Program-made: the position numbers and the translations under genes | Notes under the pieces: generated by a model | Told to the model about the DNA's origin: nothing | The model's input: the letters and a program-made list of their open reading frames with translations, nothing else | Database searches by the model: none | Part shown: positions 26,712 to 37,563 of the stretch, piece by piece | Position numbering within the stretch: position 1 is the stretch's first letter | How the letters are laid out: each line of letters opens with the position of its first letter | DNA from: Antedon mediterranea | Lineage: Eukaryota; Animalia; Echinodermata | Length of the DNA stretch: 64,000 bases | NCBI RefSeq assembly: GCF_964355755.1 | Contig: NC_092673.1 | Location: forward strand, 10,636,948 to 10,700,947 | Direction: 5' to 3'

Positions 26712-27765
26712 TGTTGTTAAATGATAATGTATGTATAAAAAAATAATAGAATAAATAATAAGTAAAAAAAAATAATTGAATGAACCCACATAGGAAAAAA
26801 AAGTTAAATGAAACTTTGATGGGTTATACTGTAGATGCAAAAAAGGATAATCTGTTGGAAATAAATTTTGTAAACATTTAAAGATCAAAAAAAAATCAAT
26901 GTTAAAGGATGAGGAAAATATAATGTTAACAGTAAAAAGTTAGTAAGTAATTAGTATAACTGAGAATATGCATTGTTTTAAATGAAAATATGTTTGCATA
27001 GATAAATCCAAAGAAAAATAGAATGGGACAAACCCATGGGATGGATTTATTAAACATAAACGTATTATAATTGTATGAAATAAATATGCATGTAGATGAA
27101 AAAAAACCAAAAACAACTATGTAAGAAAAAATAAGCTTTGTTATTGAAAATGTGTTATAGATAATATGTATAAAAAGAGGAAACTATGTAATCAATGTGG
27201 TTAAATGATAATGTATGTATAAACAAAATAATATATGGAAATAGTTTTTTTTTTTTTTAAAGAAAATAAGTAAAAAAAAAAAGTGGAATGAATCCACATA
27301 AGAGAAGAAAGTAAAAAAGTTAAATGAAAATTTAAGAAGTTATAGATGCAAAAAAGGATCTGCTGGTTCTGTAAACATTAAAGAACAAAAATATTAATAT
27401 TAATGTTAAAGGATGAGAACAATATTATGTTAACAGCAAACATTTAGTAAGTAATGAGTATAACAGAGAATATGCATTGTTAAATGAAAATGTGGTAGAT
27501 GAAAAAAAATCAAAAACAACTATGTAAGAAAAAAAAAAAATAAGCTTGTTAATGAAAATGTGTTACAGATAATATGTTTAAAAAGAGGAAGCTATGTAAT
27601 CAATGTGATAATATGTAAACAAATGAATAAAACTCTTTAAATAAGTATATGTATACAGATGATTAAACAAACATTGTAAATATAATGATATGTATAGTGT
27701 ATAGTGAAAAATATATGTAAAGAGAACAGTGGTATGGAAATAAAAGTGGGATGAACCCACATAAG
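26712..27765 (+). repeat. Diverged ~490-bp tandem duplication within the retrotransposon 3'UTR
   Basis: GTTAAATGATAATGTATGTATAAA at ~26715 and ~27200; AATGTTAAAGGATGAG at ~26897 and ~27402; TGAA(C/T)CCACATA at ~26781, ~27289 and ~27752. Confidence 0.75.
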
Positions 27766-27790
27766 ATAAAAAAAAAAATATCAGAATGTT

Positions 27791-28355
27791 CGGACACCGT
27801 ACAGGAACGTTTCACTAAATTGGTAAACGACTCAGTAGCAGAGAACAATGAAACAGATAACAATTTAGATGAAACAATAGGCCCGAATGACGTGGAAATA
27901 CACGATCTCACCAACCAACAATTAGATAGTGAAGAAGCAGCTCAACAATCATCGATGTGTGTTCTTAGTTGGAAAACAATCGTTCTTGCCGGTACGCTTT
28001 ACAAATTGCAGAAGGAAATAGCTTCAACGAAACTTATTACGAAATTCGGGGGAACACTCTGGTCTATATCAAAGTCGACTTTGCCATCCCCATACATTCC
28101 ACATCATAACCTAATCGTTGTGTCAACACAAAAAGAGTGCGACAAGGCCCATGGAAAAGTCCCTACTTTGCTTGCGGAGGCAGCACGACGCGGGGTTACA
28201 ATTGTCAGCGATAACTTTTTGAAAGATATTGAGAACGGATGTATCGGAACACGGTCTCATAAGGATTACCTCCTTGATACATCGACATCCGAAAATGCAC
28301 CAACAATGACTTTGCAGAGTTTACCACAGGATACTACACTTCAACAATATAAAAG
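27791..28355 (+). pseudogene. Transposase exon 4, 3' part: acidic linker plus BRCT-like domain (~27961-28278)
   Basis: Continues in frame from ...HEISEC once the L1 and one TSD copy are removed. LSWKTIVLAG...LITKFGG...IVVST...AARRGVTIVSDNFLKD...DYLL follows the BRCT pattern. Donor AG|GTACGT. Confidence 0.7.
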
Positions 28356-28791
28356 GTACGTCAGGCTTCTTTTATAGTAAACAAACTAAATAATTATTTA
28401 ATAATTTTTGTATGAGCCGACATACGCGTTAAAGTAGCAAAATCGTTTAATGCACATTACGTGTTATGTTTAATGTGATATCTAACCACCGGTGATCTAA
28501 CACGATAAACAAATCAAAACTACAATGGTTCGAAATACATAACACTGGGCCCATTAAAGATAACATTTAAATAATAATATATAACAAAATCAGAATCAAA
28601 TTGGTATAGATAATAATAATAATATAATGTTCTTTAGCAAACTTGTGGATAAATATCTATAATGTTTTGCGTTTAAAGTTGATATATACTGTATCCGTGT
28701 CGCAGTACAGTAAAGTAACTTCCAATGCGCATTACAGTACCTAGTTTTAATTGTATTCGGGGTGTAAACGCATTTTAATTCATTTTTAAAG

Positions 28792-28944
28792 GTTCAAGTT
28801 CAAGATGAAAATACACCTATCATAGCACAGAATCGCTTGACTAGTCAAAATCGAAGAGACGTTGAAAGATGGAATAATCTGACAAGGGACGAGAAGGAAG
28901 TGTGGAATACCAGAGCGCGTCTACTTAATGACAACAGACCGTAG
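28792..28944 (+). pseudogene. Probable last exon, HMG-box-like C-terminus (ERWNNLTRDEKEVWNTRAR)
   Basis: Acceptor TTTTAAAG|G. W-x2-L-T-x2-EK-x2-W-x3-A matches the HMG-box helix 2/3 pattern. Stop TAG at 28942-28944. Phase with the previous exon requires a frameshift, so the join is uncertain. Confidence 0.45.
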
Positions 28945-29070
28945 GTAAAGCAGTTATTGAAGATGAAATAATTAAACTAAATTGGTAACAGAAACAAAAA
29001 ACGCAAACTCCTGTATTTATTTATAAAAATATTAATATTTTAATATACGGTATTCACTCAATATTTAATT

Positions 29071-30375
29071 ACCTAATTTAAATAGTGTGCTATCCAATTG
29101 AAGTGTGCTATCCAATTGAAGTAGTGTGCTAATCATTTGGAATGATGTGCTACCCAATTGAAATAGTGTGCTATCCATTTGGAATGATGTGCTACCCAAT
29201 TGAAATAGTTTGTTATCCATTTGGAATGATGTGCTACCCAATTGAAATAGTGTGCTATCCATTTGGAATGATGTGCTACCCAATTGAAATAGTGTGCTAT
29301 CCATTTAGAATGATGTGCTACCCAATTGAAATAGTGTGCTCTCCATTTGGAATGATGTGCTACCCAATTTAAATAGTGTGCTATCCATTTGGAATGATGT
29401 GCTATCCAATTGAAATAGTGTGCTGTCCATTTGGAATGATGTGCTACCCAATTGAAATAGTGTGCTATCCATTTGGAACGATGTGCTACCCAATTGAAAT
29501 AGTGTGCAATCCATTTGGAACGATGTGCTACCCAATTGAAATAGTGTGCAATCCATTTGGAATGATGTGCTACCCAATTGAAATAGTGTGCTATCCATTT
29601 GGAATGATGTGCTACCCAATTGAAATAGTGTGCTCTCCATTTGGAATGATGTGCTATCCAATTGAAATAGTGTGCTATCCAATTGAAGTGTGCTATCCAA
29701 TTGAAATAGTGTGCTATCCATTTGTGATGTGCTACCCAATTGAAATAGTGTGCTATCCATTTGGAATGATGTGCTACCCAATTGAAATAGTGTGCTATCC
29801 ATTTGGAATGATGTGCTACCCAATTTAAATAGTGTGCTATCCATTTGGAATGATGTGCTATCCAATTGAAATAGTGTGCTGTCCATTTGGAATGATGTGC
29901 TACCCAATTGAAATAGTGTGCTATCCATTTGGAACGATGTGCTACCCAATTGAAATAGTGTGCTATCCATTTGGAATGATGTGCTCCCCAATTGAAATAG
30001 TGTGCTATCCATTTGGAATGATGTGCTACCCAATTGAAATAGTGTGCTATCCATTTGGAATGATGTGCTATCCAATTGAAATAGTGTGCTATCCAATTGA
30101 AGTGTGCTATCCAATTGAAATAGTGTGCTATCCATTTGTGATGTGCTACCCAATTGAAATAGTGTGCTATCCATTTGGAATGATGTGCTACCCAATTGAA
30201 ATAGTGTGCTATCCATTTGGAATGATGTGCTACCCAATTTAAATAGTGTGCTATCCATTTGGAATGATGTGCTATCCAATTGAAATAGTGTGCTGTCCAT
30301 TTGGAATGATGTGCTACCCAATTGAAATAGTGTGCTATCCATTTGGAATGATGTGCTATCCAATTGAAGTAGTGT
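29071..30375. repeat. 42-bp minisatellite (dimer of related 21-bp subunits)
   Basis: Unit GTGTGCTATCCATTTGGAATGATGTGCTACCCAATTGAAATA, about 30 copies. It produces the repetitive MMCYPIEIVCYPFG and MDSTLFQLGSTSFQ ORFs. Confidence 0.97.
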
Positions 30376-33300
30376 ATAGAGAGAGAGAGATAGATCAGAA
30401 AGAGAGAGATAGATCAGCGAGAAAGAAAGATAGGTCAGCGAGAGAGAGAGATAGATCAGCGAGAGAGAGATAGATCAGCGAGAGAGAGACAGATCAGCGA
30501 GAGAGAGATAGATAGATCTGCGAGAGAGAGATAGATCAACGAGAGAGAGATAGATCAGCGAGAGAGAGAGATAGATAGATCAGCGAGAGAGAGAGATAGA
30601 TCAGAGAGAGATAGATCAGCGAGAGAGATAGATCAGTGAGAGAGAGATAGATCAGCGAGAGAGAGATAGATCAGCGAGAGAGAGATAGATCAGCGAGAGA
30701 GATAGATCAGCGAGATAGAGATAGATTAGCGAGAGAGAGATAGATAGATCAGCGAGAGAGATAGATCAGCGAGAGAGAGATAGATCAGCGAGAGAGATAG
30801 ATAAGCGAGAGAGAGATAGATCAGCGAGAGAGAGAGAGAGAGAGATCAGCGAGAGAGAGAGAGAGATCAGCGAGAGAGAGATAGATCAGCGAGAGAGAGA
30901 GAGAGATAGATCAGCGAGAGAGAGAGATAGATCAGCGAGAGAGAGAGAGAGAGAGATCAGCGAGAGAGAGATAGATCAGCAAGAGAGAGATAGATCAGCG
31001 AGAGAGAGACAGATCAGCGAGAGAGAGATAGATAGATCTGCGAGAGAGAGATAGATCAACGAGAGAGAGATAGATCAGCGAGAGAGAGAGATAGATAGAT
31101 CAGCGAGAGAGAGAGATAGATCAGAGAGAGATAGATCAGCGAGAGAGATAGATCAGTGAGAGAGAGATAGATCAGCGAGAGAGAGATAGATCAGCGAGAG
31201 AGAGATAGATCAGCGAGAGAGATAGATCAGCGAGATAGAGATAGATTAGCGAGAGAGAGATAGATAGATCAGCGAGAGAGATAGATCAGCGAGAGAGAGA
31301 TAGATCAGCGAAAGAGATAGATAAGCGAGAGAGAGATAGATCAGCGAGAGAGAGAGAGAGAGATCAGCGAGAGAGAGAGAGAGAGAGATCAGCGAGAGAG
31401 AGATAGATCAGCGAGAGAGTGAGAGAGATAGATCAGCGAGAGAGAGAGATAGATCAGCGAGAGAGAGAGAGAGAGATCAGCGAGAGAGAGATAGATCAGC
31501 GAGAGAGAGAGATAGATCAGCGAGAGAGAGAGAGATAGATCAGCGAGAGAGAGATAGATCAGCGAGAGAGAGAGATAGATCAGCGAGAGAGAGATAGATC
31601 AGCGAGAGAGAGATAGATCAGAGAGAGAGAGAGATCTAGATCAGCGAGAGAGAGAGAGAGATAGATCAGCGAGAGAGAGAGAGAGAGATCAGCGAGAGAG
31701 AGATAGAGAGATAGATCAGCAAGAGCGAGATAGATCAGCGAGAGAGAGATAGATCAGGGAGAGAGAGACAGATCAGCGAGAGAGATATAGATCAGCGAGA
31801 GAGAGATAGATCAGCGAGAGAGAGATAGATCAGCGAGAGAGAGATAGATCAGTGAGAGAGAGATAGATCAGCGAGAGAGAGAGATATATCAGCGAGAGAG
31901 AGATAGATCAGCGAGAGAGAGATAGATCAGCAAGAGAGAGATAGATCAGCGAGAGAGAGATAGATCAGCGAGAGAGAGATAGATCAGCGAGAGCGAGATA
32001 GATCAGCGAGAGAGATAGATCAGCGAGAGAGAGAGATAGATCAGCGAGAGAGAGATAGATCAGCGAGAGAGAGAGAGAGAGATCAGCGAGAGAGAGAGAG
32101 AGAGATCAGCGAGAGAGAGATAGATCAGCGAGAGAGATAGAGAAAGATCAGCGAGAGAGATAGATCAGCGAGCGAGAGAGATAGATCAGCGAGAGAGAGA
32201 TAGATCAGCGAGAGAGAGAGAGATAGATCAGCGAGAGAGAGAGAGAGAGATAGATCAGCGAGAGAGAGAGATAGATCAGCGAGAGAGATAGATTAGCGAG
32301 AGAGAGATAGATCAGCGAGAGGGAGAGAGAGAGAGATCAGCGAGAGAGAGATAGATCAGCGAGAGATAGATAAATCAGCGAGAGAGAGATAGATAGATCA
32401 GCGAGAGAGAGATAGATAGATCAGCGAGAGAGAGATAGATAGATAGATCAGCGAGAGAGAGATAGATAGATCAGCGAGAGAGAGAGATAGATAGATCAGC
32501 GAGAGAGAGATAGATCAGCGAGAGAGAGAGAGATAGATCAGCGAGAGAGAGAGATAGATCAGCGAGAGAGAGAGATAGATCAGAAAGAGAGAGATAGATC
32601 AGCGAGAGAGAGAGATAGATCAGCGAGAGAGAGATAGATCAGCGAGAGAGAGAGATAGATCAGCGAGAGTGAGATAGATCAGCGAGAGAGAGATAGATCA
32701 GCGAGAGAGAGATAGATCAGCGAGAGAGAGAGAAAGAGAGAGATAGATCAGCGAGAGAGAGATAGATCAGCGAGAGAGAGAGAGAGAGAGAGATAGATCA
32801 GCGAGAGAGAGAGATAGGTCAGCGAGAGAGAGAGAGATAGATCAGCGAGAGAGAGATAGATAGATCAGCGAGAGAGAGATAGATCAACGAGAGAGAGATA
32901 GATCAGCGAGAGAGAGATAGATAGATCAGCGAGAGAGAGAGATAGATGAGCGAGAGAGAGATAGATAGATCAGCGAGAGATAGATAGATCAGCAAGAGAG
33001 AGATAGATAGATCAGCGAGAGAGGGATAGATAGATCAGCGAGAGAGAGATAGATCAGCGAGAGAGAGATAGATAGATCAGCGACAGAGAGATAGATCAGC
33101 GAGAGAGAGATAGATAGATCAGCGAGAGAGAGATAGATCAGCGAGAGAGAGATAGATAGATCAGCGAGAGAGAGATAGATCAGCGAGAGAGAGATAGATC
33201 AGCGAGAGATAGATAGATCAGCGAGAGAGAGAGATAGATCAGCGAGAGAGAGAGATCAGCGAGAGAGAGATAGATCAGCGAGAGAGAGATAGATCAGCGA

Positions 33301-34367
33301 GAGATAGATAGATCAGCGAGAGAGATAGATCAGCAAGAGAGAGATAGATCAACGAGAGAGAGATAGATCAGCGAGAGATAGATAGATCAGCGAGAGAGAG
33401 ATAGATAGATCAGCGAGAGAAAGATAGATAGATCAGCGAGAGAGAGATAGATAGATCAGCGAGAGAGAGATAGATAGATCAGCGAGAGAGAGATAGGTAG
33501 ATCAGCGAGAGACAGATAGATAGATCAGCGAGAGACAGATAGATAGATCAGCGAGAGACAGATAGATAGATCAGCGAGAGAGAGAGAGAGAGAGAGATAG
33601 ATCAGCGAGAGAGAGAGAGAGAGAGAGAGATAGATCAGCGAGATAGAGAGATAGATCAGCGAGAGTGATAGATCAGCGAGAAAGAGATAGATCAGCGAGA
33701 TAGAGATAGATCAGCGAGAGAGAGATAGATCAGCGAGAGAAAGATAAATCAGCGAGAGAGAGATAGATCAGCGAGAGAGAGATAAATCAGCGAGAGAGAG
33801 ATAGATCAGCGAGAGAGAGATAGATAGATCAGCGAGAGAAAGATAGATCAGCAAAAGATAGATAGATCAGCGAGAGAAAGATAGATCAGCGAGAGAGAGA
33901 TAGATCAGAAGGCGAGAGATAGGTCAGCGAGAGATAGATAGATCAGCGAGAGGGAGAGAGAGAGAGATCAGCGAGAGAGAGATAGATCAGCGAGAGATAG
34001 ATAAATCAGCGAGAGAGAGATAGATAAATCAGCGAGCGAGAGAGATAGATAGATCAGCGAGAGAGAGATAGATAGATCAGCGAGAGAGAGATAGATAGAT
34101 CAGCGAGAGAGAGAGATAGATAGATCAGCGAGAGAGAGAGAGATAGATCAGCGAGAGAGAGAGAGAGATAAATCAGCGAGAGAGAGATAGATCAGCGAGA
34201 GAGAGAGATAGATCAGAAAGAGAGAGATAGATCAGCGAGAGAGAGAGATAGATCAGCGAGAGAGAGATAGATCAGCGAGAGAGAGATAGATCAGCGAGAG
34301 TGAGATAGATCAGCGAGAGAGAGATAGATCAGCGAGAGAGAGATAGATCAGCGAGAGAGAGATAGAT

Positions 34368-34407
<40 letters not shown>

Positions 34408-35302
34408 TCAGCGAGAGAGAGATAGATCAGCGAGAGAGAGAGAGAGAGAGATAGATCAGCGAGAAACAGAGATAGGTCAGCGAGAGAGAGAGAGATAGAT
34501 CAGCGAGAGAGAGATAGATCAGCGAGAGAGAGAGACAGATCAGCGAGAGAGAGATAGATAGATCAGCGAGAGAGAGATAGATCAACGAGAGAGAGATAGA
34601 TCAGCGAGAGAGAGATAGATAGATCAGCGAGAGAGAGATAGATGAGCGAGAGAGAGATAGATAGATCAGCGAGAGATAGATAGATCAGCGAGAGAGAGAT
34701 AGATAGATCAGCGAGAGAAAGATAGATAGATCAGCGAGAGAGATAGATCAGCGAGAGAGAGATAGATCAGCGAGAGAGAGATAGATAGATCAGCGAGAGA
34801 GAGATAGATCAGCGAGGGAGAGATAGATCAGCGAGAGAGAGATAGATAGATCAGCGAGAGAGAGATAGATCAGCGAGAGAGAGATAGATCAGCGAGAGAT
34901 AGATAGATCAGCGAGAGAGAGAGATAGATCAGTGAGAGAGAGATAGATCAGCGAGAGAGAGAGATCAGCGAGAGAGAGATAGATCAGCGAGAGAGAGATA
35001 GATCAGCGAGAGATAGATAGATCAGCGAGAGAGATAGATCAGCGAGAGAGAGATAGATCAACGAGAGAGAGATAGATCAGCGAGAGATAGATAGATCAGC
35101 GAGAGAGAGATAGATAGATCAGCGAGAGAAAGATAGATAGATCAGCGAGAGAGAGATAGATAGATCAGCGAGAGAGAGATAGATAGATCAGCGAGAGAGA
35201 GATAGGTAGATCAGCGAGAGACAGATAGATAGATCAGCGAGAGACAGATAGATAGATCAGCGAGAGACAGATAGATAGATCAGCAAGGGAGAGATAGATA
35301 GA

Positions 35303-35381
<79 letters not shown>

Positions 35382-37526
35382 AGCGAGAGAGAGAGAGAGA
35401 TAGATCAGCGAGATAGAGAGATAGATCAGCGAGAGTGATAGATCAGCGAGAAAGAGATAGATCAGCGAGATAGAGATAGATCAGCGAGAGAGAGATAGAT
35501 CAGCGAGAGAAAGATAAATCAGCGAGAGAGAGATAGATCAGCGAGAGAGAGATAAATCAGCGAGAGAGAGATAGATCAGCGAGAGAGAGATAGATAGATC
35601 AACGAGAGAGAGATAGATCAGCGAGAGATAGATAGATCAGCGAGAGAGAGATAGATCAGCGAGAGAGAGATAGATCAGAAGGCGAGAGATAGGTCAGCGA
35701 GAGAGAGATAGATCAGCGAGAGATAGATCAGCGAGAGATAGATAGATCAGCGAGAGATAGATAGATCAGCGAGAGAGAGATAGATCAGCGAGAGAGAGAT
35801 AGATCAACGAGAGAGAGATAGATCAACGAGAGATAGATAGATCAGCTAGAGAGAGAGATAGATAGATAGATCAGCGAGAGAGAGATAGATAGATAAGCGA
35901 GAGAGAGAGATAGATAAGCGAGAGAAAGAGAGAGATAGATAGATCAGCGAGACAGATAGATAGATCAGCGAGAGAGATAGATAGATCAGCGAGAGAGAGA
36001 TAGATCAGCGAGAGAGATAGATCAGCGAGAGAGAGATAGATCAGCGAGAGAGAGATAGATCAGCGAGAGAGAGATAGATCAGCGAGAGAGAGATAGATCA
36101 GCGAGAGAGAGATAGATCAACGAGAGATAGATAGATCAGCTACAGAGATAGATAGATAGATCAGCGAGAGAGAGATAGATAGATCAGCGAGAGAGATAGA
36201 GAGATAGATAGATCAGTGAGAGAGAGATAGATCAGCGAGAGCGAGATAGATCAGCGAGCGTGATATAGATCAGCGAGAGTGAGATAGATCAGCGAGAGAG
36301 AGATAGATCAGCGAGAGAGAGATAGATCTGCGAGAGAGAGAGAGAGATAGATCAGCGAGAGAGAGATAGATCAGCGAGAGAGAGAAAGAGATAGATCAGC
36401 GAGAAAGAGAGATAGGTCAGCGAGAGAGAGAGATAGATCAGCGAGAGAGAGAGAGATAGATCAGCGAGAGAGAGATAGATCAGCGAGAGAGAGACCGATC
36501 AGCGAGAGAGAGATAGATAGATCAGCGAGAGAGAGATAGATCAACAAGAGAGAGATAGATCAGTGAGAGAGAGATAGATAGATCAGCGAGAGAGAGATAG
36601 ATGAGCGAGAGAGAGATAGATAGATAGATCAGCGAGAGATAGATAGATCAGTGAGAGAGAGATAGATAGATCAGCGGGAGAGAGATAGATAGATCAGCGA
36701 GAGAGAGATAGATGAGCGAGAGAGAGATAGATAGATCAGCGAGAGAGAGATAGATCAGCGAGAGAGAGATAGATAGATCAGCGAGAGAGAGATAGATCAG
36801 CGAGAGAGAGATAGATAGATCAGCGAGAGATAGATAGATCAGCGAGAGAGAGATAGATAGATCAGCGAGAGAGGGATAGATAGATCAGCGAGAGAGAGAT
36901 AGATCAGCGAGAGAGAGAAAGATAGATCAGCGAGAGAGAGATAGATCAGCGAGAGAGAGATAGATAGATCAGCGAGAGAGAGATAGATCAGCGAGAGAGA
37001 GAAAGATAGATCAGCGAGAGAGAGATAGATCAGCGAGAGAGAGATAGATCAGCGAGAGATAGATAGATCAGCGAGAGAGAGATAGATCAGCGAGAGAGAG
37101 ATAGATCAGCTTGAGAGAGAGAGAGATCAGCGAGAGAGAGATAGATCAGCGAGAGAGAGATAGATCTGCGAGAGATAGATAGATCAGCGAGAGAGATAGA
37201 TCAGAGAAAGAGAGATAGATCAACGAGAGAGAGATAGATCAGCGAGAGATAGATAGATCAGCGAGAAAGAGATAGATAGATCAGCGAGAGAAAGATAGAT
37301 AGATCAGCGAGAGAGAGATAGATAGATCAGCGAGAGAGAGATAGATAGATCAGCGAGAGAGAGATAGGTAGATCAGCGAGAGACAGATAGATAGATCAGC
37401 GAGAGACAGATAGATAGATCAGCGAGAGACAGATAGATAGATCAGCGAGGGAGAGATAGATAGATCAGCGAGAGAGAGAGAGAGAGAGATAGATCAGCGA
37501 GAGAGAGAGAGAGAGAGAGAGATAGA

Positions 37527-37563
<37 letters not shown>

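Larger units (their letters stand above)
21082..27775 (+). mobile_element. Full-length L1/Tx1-clade non-LTR retrotransposon (~6.7 kb)
   Basis: 15-bp TSD AAATATCAGAATGTT at 21067-21081 and 27776-27790. Contains a ~210-bp 5'UTR, ORF1, ORF2 (APE-RT-Cys finger), a ~1.45-kb 3'UTR and a terminal A-run. Confidence 0.95.
18149..28944 (+). pseudogene. Spliced RAG1/Transib-like DDE transposase pseudogene with C-terminal BRCT-like and HMG-box-like regions, split by an L1/Tx1 insertion
   Basis: GT-AG exons joined in phase 2: 18149-18732, 18938-19075, 19290-20097, 20328-(21081|27791)-28355, probable last exon 28792-28944. Motifs in order: LYIDGR, FLSFDAK, ICIDHAITR, KFSPYEMKLIDVV, SLMPLSTEGGERSH, HTMRGGG. 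Lesions: frameshift ~19381-19400, frameshift ~20600-20660, TGA at 20763-20765, retrotransposon insertion, probable lesion in last exon. Confidence 0.72.

Noticed and set aside
18227-27914. Short antisense and alternate-frame ORFs over the transposase and L1
   Set aside because: Shadows of the plus-strand coding regions or of the AT-rich UTR, with no motifs.
27751-28377. 208-aa ORF as a stand-alone gene
   Set aside because: Its ATG and first codons come from the L1 3' end and A-tail; the rest is the displaced half of the transposase exon and runs past a splice donor.
17501-29070. Bona fide ProtoRAG (RAG1L-RAG2L) locus
   Set aside because: No convergent RAG2-like kelch/PHD ORF, no RAG1 N-terminal zinc/RING region, and no CAC-type TIR with 5-bp TSD seen around the gene.
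1-30375. Regular repeats as a CRISPR array
   Set aside because: No unique spacers, no cas genes, eukaryotic context.
29065-30473. Repetitive ORFs on both strands (352 aa MDSTLFQLGSTSFQ..., MMCYPIEIVCYPFG...)
   Set aside because: Artefacts of a 42-bp unit divisible by three; no unique coding flanks.
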